From IMG/VR virus record IMGVR_UViG_3300027744_000008: a DNA stretch of 64,000 nucleotides. One strand, given 5' to 3'. Source of the stretch: a virus (taxonomy: Duplodnaviria > Heunggongvirae > Uroviricota > Caudoviricetes). A model generated the notes under the pieces. That model made no database searches. It saw only the letters and a program-made list of their open reading frames with translations, and was not told the origin of the DNA. Every line of letters starts with the position of its first letter. Position 1 is the stretch's first letter. Positions 10,901-20,100 of this stretch are shown piece after piece. Both the position numbers and the translations under genes were made by a program.

Positions 10901-13900
10901 GAAATACACAAACAGCAAATGCAGCCGCAGCATATCTTGAAGGTAGTGTAATTGCTGGACAAGTAGAAGAAACCCTGGCAGCATACAAATATTGGAAAAC
11001 CATAGTTGGAAACATTGTACGAAACATTGAAATTACGGCTACTCCAGGAAATAATACTAGTCAAGATATAAGCATATCAAAAGGCTCTCCGGTACCTGCT
11101 AGTGGTCCTGCTAATTATGCACAAGAACTGTTACAAATTATTATCGATGTAGTTGATCACGGAACTGGCTACTTACCTGATCCTAAAACTCCACCGGACT
11201 ATGCACTCGGTGACAACACATTGGCCGCTATTAGAACTAATATTTTAAACAATGTGTTATCTATACAAGATAGTGTAATTGATTATTTGAATGGTGCTTA
11301 TGGTGGAACAGTTGATGTAACTCTTTTCCCGGCAGTACAAAATGTAGTTGCTGGAACCATTGCAAGGTTACACAACGTATCTACTATAAGCACTGGCGGA
11401 ACAGCATTAGAATATGTGGGCGCAGGTGTAACGTATAATGCACTACCGTTCTTTGGTGGAGAACCAATTCCTGCTAATGAACGCACAGAGATAAACAACG
11501 GTAAATGTTTCACGGTTACAAACGATCAAGTTGGTAATTTCCGAGTTGGGTCAATTTTTAATGTTAATGCGCTAACAGGTGAAGTAACCATAGATGCTGA
11601 AGATATTAGTTTGTCTGGATTGTCAAGTGTTGGTCCATTTAAACGTAATGGTATCTTTGTTGGTGTTGTATTAAGAGAAATTAGTGATAATACAACGCTG
11701 GTTGCCAGCACAGGTTTTCAAGAGGATGATACTGTACCAACACAGTTTGCAGTTTCTACCTATGTAGAAACAAATTACCTTAACAAAGTAACTACTGCTG
11801 CTGAAACTGTGGCCAGCAATTCCATAACATTTGATGGTAGCATTGCAGTCAATGGTGGAACATTAAGTACAACTTATACTAATTTTAGTCTAGTCAATGC
11901 CGCAGCAACCACTGTTAATTTTGCCGGAGCAGCTACCACAGTTAACATTGGCGATGCTACGGGTATTGTTTATATCAACGGCGACCTACAGGTCAAAGGT
12001 GGAGACTTAACCACTGATCAAACAACATTTAATTTATTAGACACAACTGCTACTACTATAAATTTTGGTGGTGATGCTACTGTTATTAGCATTGGTAAAG
12101 ACAGTGGTACCACTACAGTTAACAATAATTTTAAAGTTAATATTAATTCAACACTAGGTGACGACACCACTGTTGAGAACACGCTTAACGGTAAATTAAT
12201 ATCTAATATTCCTGATAATGTTGGATCAGCAGTTGAATTTAAACAAAGTACAAATAGCTACTTAAAATTTGATACTTCTAATAGTCTTGAACTTACAACA
12301 TTTGGATCAACACCATTAGTTACATTTAAAAATGTTACAGATGCCAGCGGATCAACTACTGCGTCCGTTACATTTGACGGCGGTGTTGGCATTGCTAAGA
12401 AATTATATGTGGGCACAGACTTAACTGTTAATGGAAATAGTGCGCTAGGTAATGATAGAGCTGTGGATACACATACAGTAGATGGTACACTATCAATTAA
12501 TGTGCCTGATAATACTGCTGTGGCATTTCAAATTAAAGAAAATACACAAACTTATATAACCGCAGTCACAACTAACGGCAGCGAAAGTATAACAATTGAG
12601 GCAACCCCAACACTACTAGTTAAAAATGTCACTGATAATACACTGGGAACCAATGCCAGTGGTGCATTACAAGTTACTGGCGGTGTGGGAATTGCTAAGA
12701 ATTTAACCGTTGGTGTTGATCTAAGAGTAACGGGCAATACCGTTATGACCGGCGATTTAGATGTACAAGGTGGTGATATTACCACTAACCAAACAACATT
12801 TAATCTAGTTAATACAACAGCAACTACCTTAAATATTGGCGGCGCAAGCACTGCTACTGCTATTGGCAGTACAGCCAGCGGTAATACTACAATTAATTAT
12901 GATGCAACTGTTAAACATGACCTAACAGTAGATGGTGATGTGCAGGTCAAAGGTGGTGATATTACCACTGACCAAACAACATTTAATCTAGTTAATACAA
13001 CAGCAACTACCTTAAATATTGGTGGAGCAAGTACTACTACTGCTATTGGTTCAGCTGTCAGTGGTACTACCACTATTAACTACGATGCGAATGTTAAACA
13101 TGATCTAACAGTAGATGGTGATGTGCAGGTCAAAGGTGGCGACCTAACTACTAATCAGACAACGTTTAACTTATTAAACGCCACCGCCACTACAATTAAT
13201 GCCTTTGGTGCAGCCACTGCAATTACTGTGGGTGCCAGTGGTGCCAATACATTTACACTAAATCACGGTACCTTAGTAGGTAGTCAAACAACACAGAATG
13301 TGTTTAATACCACGGCTACCACAGTCAATGCCTTTGGTGCAGCCACTACTATTGGTATCGGTGCAAATACTGGTACACTAACACTAAACAATGCTATAGT
13401 TACAACACCTGGTCAATTTATTAGCACACGGGCCAGTGATCTAGCAGACGGTGCAGGACAATTATATCTAAATGGTGCTACCGGTAATAGAATTGATTTT
13501 AATAACAACGGTACAGCAGCTCCTGCGTTTACCACAAGAAGTGCTGGAAGTAAAATTGTATTATATCCACTGACTAACAGCACTAACACAGATTATGCAA
13601 TAGGTATTAACAGTGGCACATTTTGGTCAAGCGTTCCTCAATACGATGCCGCACTGACGTTTAAATGGTTTGGTGGAATTACTGAAATAGCCAGCCTTGA
13701 CGGTCTTGGTAATCAAATACTCACAGGCGATCTTGCAGTCAATGGTGGTGACTTAACTACTACTCAAACAACATTTAATTTAATTAATGCCACTGCAACA
13801 ACGTTGAATATAGGTGGTGCTGCTACCACAGTCAATCTTGGTATTAACACAGGAACGGTAAATATTGGTGTACTAGCATTAACCACAGATCTTGAAGTAC

Positions 13901-14088
13901 AGTATGGTGGTACAGGTGTAAGTAGTTTTACAGCCAATGGTGTAGTATATGGAAATAGTACTAGCGGATTGTTAGTTACTGCCGCTAGTAATCCAGGTAG
14001 CAATGCTACTGCTAGTTATGGAATTTTAACCACAGACGGAACTAATGTTCCAGTCTGGACAGATGTGATAGATGGCGGTACTTATTAA
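7915..14088 (+). CDS. Giant tail fibre/spike protein (beta-helix-like domain, four helical CxRD repeats, Thr-rich shaft repeats)
   Basis: 2057 aa. YV..DGDDDNDG...KRTIKSA, SPYIQNCS and KSMVADAFT motifs are shared with the next gene; ~61-aa GDL.V.GGD.TT.QTTFNL repeats; ends in DGGTY. Confidence 0.8.
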   Translation: MKYIRRQNLNQQNALDKKVLIKPNGDIEFNPTTSVTVNGEFITVGNQAAGPEVTNVMYVTVDGDDDNDGFGEGPRQAKRTIKSACEVAQEGTTIFVRSGEYYEDNPVRIPPKVSIIGDNLRRTIIKPLNGTTKWNITFVERIDGVVTITTDVEHDLNLRDRVRVISSQTNIDDECATVESIPDSMSFTYIDYGNNLTYAAATGTVERGTDLFLVNSANYIAQVVFKAIQAPAYCVNIDNDAVVDTSPYIQNCSNINGPWMNNGDEWFPFITEQRNIDGDMVTGPRPLLDAELDPAYLDVYSINQRGAGGGMLIDGDRYSSVSPIKSMVADAFTQVAQGAVGFHITNFGYMQLVSCFNVFCHIAYYTTKGGYLSISNSVCDFGNFGFVADGYYNIPYDSGVILSDYYSYVASVTIDSPGSNYTLAPIVTFDPPTSLGGVQAQGTASIDVSTGLLIAISIDDPGSGYDFQPNITLTGGGANPSLVQGIATANLYKNETITISNLSNKPQVGSIVFLENDPTSYYISNTDNIVQTFTYNEIKCRRDVALILDAILTDMTFGSTYSSTAAGLSYLRSYAAKVTSLQKLQTIAGLNEARDLALSLTVNPTAQTAITDNFAIVTDIIDIGLVAVPALDIPSSLTREEGYSQAAAILEANKLFVQDEITAWIAYNYSVLDYDSVTCSRDVGLIVDALCYDLMFGSNFRTITAARSYYRAAASVVTQQQKSATLAAFRYLKIIVAAKITDNPTANASVKSNMDIIINVLENGLEEIGGIVRPDPTGYSNNYKFARNLIDENKEFIKAEISAYLNINWTAVWTGLNAAGQARVQLNIEYILDALYYDITYGGNLETTIAGRAYYSFGVLQISAPEKTAILDAYDHMKTIIGDIAQNIDIVQLQGVVIQVTGLPGSAGATSDAQDLIQNVIDIIDTGAYVDVPPSTAWVSASLLEEDTALQYARSSIQDSVIKYINANNFIYDENTCRRDIAYIIDAMIYDMSYDGNTQTANAAAAYLEGSVIAGQVEETLAAYKYWKTIVGNIVRNIEITATPGNNTSQDISISKGSPVPASGPANYAQELLQIIIDVVDHGTGYLPDPKTPPDYALGDNTLAAIRTNILNNVLSIQDSVIDYLNGAYGGTVDVTLFPAVQNVVAGTIARLHNVSTISTGGTALEYVGAGVTYNALPFFGGEPIPANERTEINNGKCFTVTNDQVGNFRVGSIFNVNALTGEVTIDAEDISLSGLSSVGPFKRNGIFVGVVLREISDNTTLVASTGFQEDDTVPTQFAVSTYVETNYLNKVTTAAETVASNSITFDGSIAVNGGTLSTTYTNFSLVNAAATTVNFAGAATTVNIGDATGIVYINGDLQVKGGDLTTDQTTFNLLDTTATTINFGGDATVISIGKDSGTTTVNNNFKVNINSTLGDDTTVENTLNGKLISNIPDNVGSAVEFKQSTNSYLKFDTSNSLELTTFGSTPLVTFKNVTDASGSTTASVTFDGGVGIAKKLYVGTDLTVNGNSALGNDRAVDTHTVDGTLSINVPDNTAVAFQIKENTQTYITAVTTNGSESITIEATPTLLVKNVTDNTLGTNASGALQVTGGVGIAKNLTVGVDLRVTGNTVMTGDLDVQGGDITTNQTTFNLVNTTATTLNIGGASTATAIGSTASGNTTINYDATVKHDLTVDGDVQVKGGDITTDQTTFNLVNTTATTLNIGGASTTTAIGSAVSGTTTINYDANVKHDLTVDGDVQVKGGDLTTNQTTFNLLNATATTINAFGAATAITVGASGANTFTLNHGTLVGSQTTQNVFNTTATTVNAFGAATTIGIGANTGTLTLNNAIVTTPGQFISTRASDLADGAGQLYLNGATGNRIDFNNNGTAAPAFTTRSAGSKIVLYPLTNSTNTDYAIGINSGTFWSSVPQYDAALTFKWFGGITEIASLDGLGNQILTGDLAVNGGDLTTTQTTFNLINATATTLNIGGAATTVNLGINTGTVNIGVLALTTDLEVQYGGTGVSSFTANGVVYGNSTSGLLVTAASNPGSNATASYGILTTDGTNVPVWTDVIDGGTY
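12751..13200 (+). repeat. ~183-bp (61-aa) tandem shaft repeats
   Basis: aaacaacatttaatctagttaatacaacagcaactaccttaaatattgg occurs at 12791 and 12974; a third diverged copy follows. Confidence 0.85.
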
Positions 14089-14089
14089 C

Positions 14090-14146
14090 GGGCGATAGTA
14101 ATATCCTGACCCAGGGCGACGAAAGTCTTGACCCAACCTAGATAGG
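14090..14146 (+). promoter_or_regulatory. Twin GNRA-capped hairpins plus a small hairpin over the RBS
   Basis: gggc-gata-GTAA-tatc-ctga-ccc (14090-14112) and gggc-gac-GAAA-gtc-ttga-ccc (14114-14134), then cct-agat-agg overlapping AGGAAG. Confidence 0.6.
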
Positions 14147-14154
14147 AAGATGAG

Positions 14155-17100
14155 ATGGCGACAAAAATTAAACATAGACGGTCCAGCGTATCTGGAAATG
14201 TTCCAACGGCTGGACAAATTGATGTAGCAGAATTTGCCTTCAATACCACAGACGGATCAATCTTCATTAAGAATGAAGCCAGCGACATCATTGATGTAAC
14301 AGCAAATTTATACAAGAAAAATACCAGTATTGCCCTAACAGATACTGGCACTGATGGTACGATCACCATGAAGGCTGACGGTACTACTACATTTGAAGCC
14401 ACATCAACCTTAACATCTATTAAGCAAAATACCAGTATCGAAAATGCCAATGAACTGCGACTAAAAGAACTGACTAGCAACGGTACAGACTATGTTGGCC
14501 TTAAGTCTCCAGATAGTCTAGCCTCTAGCTACACATTTACTCTACCCACTACCAACGGAACACTTGGACAACTAATGTCAACTGACGGCGACGGACAGTT
14601 GTACTTCTCAGATCCGGACACTTTTGGCGGTAATAGAGTCTACGTATCGGCCAGCAAAGGTAACGATGCTAACGATGGTCTTACTAAACCAGTATTAACA
14701 ATTAAAAGAGCCTGTCAAATAGCATCCGGCTTAGTTTACACATCAGGCGGCGCAGTCAACGGACAGAGGGTAAACGTAATTGTTGCTGCAGGTAGTTATA
14801 CAGAACAAAATCCTGTTATTATTCCCGACAACGTTACCATTAAAGGTGACAGTCTACGCTCAGTTATTATTCGTCCTGCAAATGCTAATCAAGATATGTT
14901 GCGTGTGCGTAACGGTTGTTACTTTGGTGAATTTACATTCCGTGACGGACTTAGCGGAAGTACTCCAACGTTTACATTCAGCTATAGTGTGGCCTTTGAT
15001 GATCCACTAGATGTCACAGTTGATAGAACTCTATATACCTATCTTCCTTCGACTAAACCATTGATCACGCAATCCCCCTACATTCAAAACTGTTCAATTA
15101 TTTCATTCTTGGGCGGCAATGGCGTACTAGTAGACGGCAGTAAGGTTATTACACCTAACACTTCAGCGACTCAAATTGAAGCTGAAAATCCAGTAAGCGG
15201 TGCAGCACCTGATCAAGGTAAGTCAATGGTTGCCAACGCCTTTACCATGTTGTCATTTGGAGGTACAGGCTGGCGATTGATCAACGATGCTTACGCACAG
15301 ATTGTTTCATGTTTCCAAATTTTCATGTTGAACGGTGTGTACACACAGAGTGGTGGTTACTGTTCTATTACTAACTCGGCTACTAACTTTGGTTTATATG
15401 CTCTACGTGCCAGCGGCTATAGTCCCAACGCATTTGCCTTTGACAAGGGATACATTGGAACCACTGGAACAATTGGTAGTACACAGACTATTACAGCCTT
15501 TGGATGGACTCGCGAAGATGGTCCAATCAACGAATTTGTCATACGATTATATGACCCAAGTACAACTGCAGACTTAACTAGCACTTATAAAACTACCTTA
15601 CCTGGTTATGTATCTGAAAGTTTTGATGCAGCCACAGACGTTAATACCACTACTAATGTTTTTACTATTACTAGTCATGGATTTTTAAACGGTGACACTG
15701 TCTCATATGATTCCAATGGCGGAACAGAAATTAGTCCGATATTCAACGGAGAAGTGTTTTATATTGGTTATCTAACTGGTAATACTTTTAAATTATTCTA
15801 CGACGACAGTCTAACACGAGAAGTAAACATACTTTCCGTTGGCGTTGGAACACAGTCTTTTAACACACAAGATTACGAAATGTATGTTGACGAAGTCACA
15901 GAAACTCATAATCAATTCCAAACATTGACCTTAGATGCAGGAAGTCCATCGGGATATTCATTTACCATAGGTGATACAATTGAAGGCACCACAGGAGCAT
16001 TTCCTAATAACGCCTTTGTATACAGTTATGACGCCGGCACTAGGCAACTGGTAGTCTGTCTAAATCCAGTAACTATTGGTCTAACAGAAACTAGAAATAA
16101 TTTTACTACATCAAGTCAAATTACCAGTGTAGCCGGAGTAGCTGCCAGTTATTTTATGACAACGAGTGTGGTATCAAGGACTGATTTATATGGTGCTGAC
16201 TTTGAAATCCAACCTACAATCGTAGGCGGTGCATTTACCAGTATAGCAACACTACCCGGTAAACAGATATGGTTCCATAGACCTAGTATTACTAACTCAT
16301 CTGCACACACTTGGGAATATGCAGGATCGGGAACAGACTATAATGCTCTACCACAGAACGGCGGCAAAGGTATTCCAGCTTATGAACAAGTAAGTCAGGG
16401 CACTGGCAAAGTTTATACATCTGGTACTAATGAACTTGGTGACTTTAAAGTTGGTAATTTTATTACTGCCTTTAACAGAACAGGTAACGTCACTTTCACA
16501 AACAAGATCACAGTTGACACACTGGACGTTCTAAAGCTAGGGGTTGGTGGTGTCACTGTTGAAAGTATTAGTATTGATCCTGAACTAGGACTAAACGAAA
16601 CAGGTGGTCCAAAAGACAGTAGAATTAGCACTCAGTTGGCTGTATACAGTTATAATCAAATTCACCTTGGCAACGTCATTGACAAAAACGTGAGTACAAA
16701 TGCTGTTCCGGGATCACTGGTGCAGTTAAACTCTAACGGACAGATCAACAGCGACTTAATTCCTACATCAAGAAGTTTTAGCAGTTTTAGTTCAGCAGGT
16801 ATTAACAGTAGATTAGACCACTCAGATAATATACCTGCAGGTGATGTGTTAAGCGGAGATATTGCAGTTGAGGCATTTTATCAACAAGAATTAACCATTG
16901 ACAATCCAATAACTGCTGAAGTTGGCACGGCAGTGATACAAACTACTGCTAATACAGCCACAACATCAATTACATCTACTATAAATTCATTTACAGTGAC
17001 CCATGCTGGTACGCTGGCCAATAGCACCTATGTTCTAATTGAAGGAGTCACCCCCACAGCCTATAATGGTGTGTGGCTGATCAACCGAGCTATCGCAGGA

Positions 17101-20100
17101 TCATTTACAGTATTCACTAATATTAATCCTGGAACTGCCAGTGTACAAGGTACAATTTATTATGGTGGCGCCAGTGGCCGATTAAAAGGTTCTTATACTG
17201 CTGCCACTTCTATCATCGTTGGCAGTGTGTTCTCTAACTTTAATACACCATTTGTCACAGGTGCTAGCACTTTAATTATTGGTACAGACAGAACACCAAG
17301 TGATACTAATACCGCAGTGACCGTGAGTATTGCCAGCGCAGCAAGCACATCAAGTTTAAATTATTTCTTAAATGTTGGAACGTATTCACAATATCTAGTA
17401 TTAGAAAACTCGGCTACACCAACATTTACCAATGGCAGCATCAGCGCAGCACTTAGATATAGCAACGTAGGATACATTACAACTAGCCTAGCACATAACT
17501 TTAGCACAGGCAACGAAGTTAAAGTTAATGCGACGACAGATAACTTTGATGGCACTGGCTATGTCACTGTGATTTCTTCAACTGATTTTAGTTATAGTAA
17601 CAGCGGCACCGACACTACTGCCACTGCAACAACAACTTCAACAGCAACTCTGGTTGCTGTTACTGGGACAAGTACCACAGGCAGTGTGGCAACTGCCGGT
17701 CTAACCGGCACCATTACCTTAGGAGATTATGTGTTTGGCGCTACACTGCCCTACGGTGCCAAAGTTACAGTGGTCAACATGGCCGTCGACCCAAGAACAT
17801 TTACCATAGCTTGGCCAACGTCGGCAACAGTTACAGGTACTAGTACCGCTGCACTGACATTTGTTACACCTGTTAGTGAAACAGGCACAGTTCGATCAGT
17901 ACTAACAGCAGCCGACTCTTCAAGTCAAGGTGAATTTACAGAATTACGTTCAGGTGTGCTAACTTCAGTTAACAACTTATCAGGACTAACCGGAGGAAGT
18001 AGTTATGTAGCTGGTATATATTCTAGGGTGCCGTTGACCAATCAAACTGTGGCAACAACTAGTATTAGTAGTACAGCCACTGTGGCCACTATCACGCACG
18101 GCACCACGGTTATAAACACTTTTGTCACAGGTTCTCAAGTGGTCATTGCTGGCACTACAGCTTCTAGTGGCAGTGCAGGACAGTACAACGGTACATGGAC
18201 TGTGACTACAGGCGCCAGCGGATCATTTACCATAACTGGAACATTCACTAATACTGCCACTGCCAGTGTACAAGGCACAGTGGCCAGTGGAGTTGGAGAG
18301 TGTGCTCTTGCAGCTATCACAGTATCTGGAGCAGGAGCTGTTACTGATGTTGATCTAGTATTTGGCGGAGCCAACTATGCTGTGGGCAGTACGCTAACTA
18401 CCAGCAATGCATATCTAGGCGGTGCTGGTTCTGGATTTAAAATAACAACCACAGCAATAGAAAAACGTGCCTATGTAAAATTATTTGGCGGCCAAACATT
18501 TATTGCCACACCGGGAGCACCTGACTTTGTAGAAGAAAACGCCAGTGTAACAGATACTGCTGATGCAACAACAACTGTAGTGGCAACATTTGATGCCCAA
18601 TCAACCGGTGCAGGTGGCGGTGTCAACACTGTTCTAAACAGAATTACAACATTGGCGCCACACGGATTTAGCACAGGCGACCCAGTACTCTACAATCCAG
18701 GCGTTGATCCAGCAATTGGGGGCCTAACCAGCGGCGCCATATATTTTGCCAAGACTATTGATCCAAGTACTATAGAACTTTATACAAATTATGGCGTATC
18801 AACCATTATTGTATTAGCTACATCAACAGGCGCTGGACATACATTCACTAGAAAAACAATAGACATTATTAATAATACAGTAACTATACCAGCTCATGGA
18901 TTTAATACAGGCGATGCTTTCCGTATTACCGGCAGTGATTTACCTTACATAAGTAGCGTACAGATTACGTCAGGTGATCATTACTTTGTTGGTTCTGTGA
19001 CAACTAACAGTTTTAGCATCCACGAACTACGCAGTGATGCATTGGACAGTGTTAGTGGTGTTACTATTAATGCTCTTAATATTACAGCCACCGGTTCTGG
19101 CACTTTCACTATTACAAAAAATAACATTAAAGTAACTGCAACAGTTAATACCAGTAGTACTTTTAGCGACAATTGGAATAGTCTAACAACCAGCACCATT
19201 GACGCAAGCAGTATCATCTCAGGTATTATTAGCACATCAAGACTGGCCTCTGGCAGTGCAAGTAGTAGTACATTTTTAAGAGGTGATTCAACTTGGAGTC
19301 CTGTGGTACAAACAGCCGTGCTGGCAGCAAGTTCTGCATTGACCTTAACTGGTACAGGTGTTGGCCCTTATACAGGTGCACTGACATTTGACGTAGTCAA
19401 AGCAGATAAAACTGGAGGTAGCGGCGGCTATTCAACTACAGGTGTGGCCAGTTTCAATACCACACAGTTTTCAGTTGGTACTGGCGATAGTTTAACTGCT
19501 GGCCAAGTGTTGATCAAAGCTGGAGTCATTGACGCGGGCACACTAGATACCTACGATTCAAGTTACTTTTTAAATCCTAGCAACTTAACCAGCGCAGTGC
19601 CAGTGAACAAAGGTGGTACAAACTTAACTTCATACGCTGTTGGTGATACACTGTATGCCAGTGGTTCTACTACAATAAACACCTTGGCTATCGGTGTTGC
19701 AGACACTGTAATGACCAGCACTGGTAGTGCGCCACAATGGAGTCCAGCGTTAACCATCGCAAAAAACATTAGTGTTTCTGGAGCAGACGTTACCACATCT
19801 AGTACTGGCGCAACTAAGGTATTCAACACTAACTCAACAGCATTAAATCTTGCCGGTGCCGCAAACAATGTTTATATTGGTTCAAGCACAGCCAGTCAAT
19901 CATTGTCGAATAGTGTGAAAAGTTATACAACTGCTGGATCTTCAAGCACTACTGTCACAGTCAACGTTGGATTAACAGCATCAATTAGCCTCATGGCCAG
20001 AGCAACTAATAGTGCCTCCATTGCTACCAGTAGTAACCACGGACTATTCAGTGGAGATGTAGTCACAGTGGTATGCACCAGCGATACTAGTTTTACCTCA

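Noticed and set aside
14090-14134. Canonical kink-turn or hammerhead ribozyme (CTGA and GAAA are present)
   Set aside because: There is no 3-nt bulge before tandem GA pairs and no CUGANGA core with three-stem geometry; kept only as an unassigned structured element.
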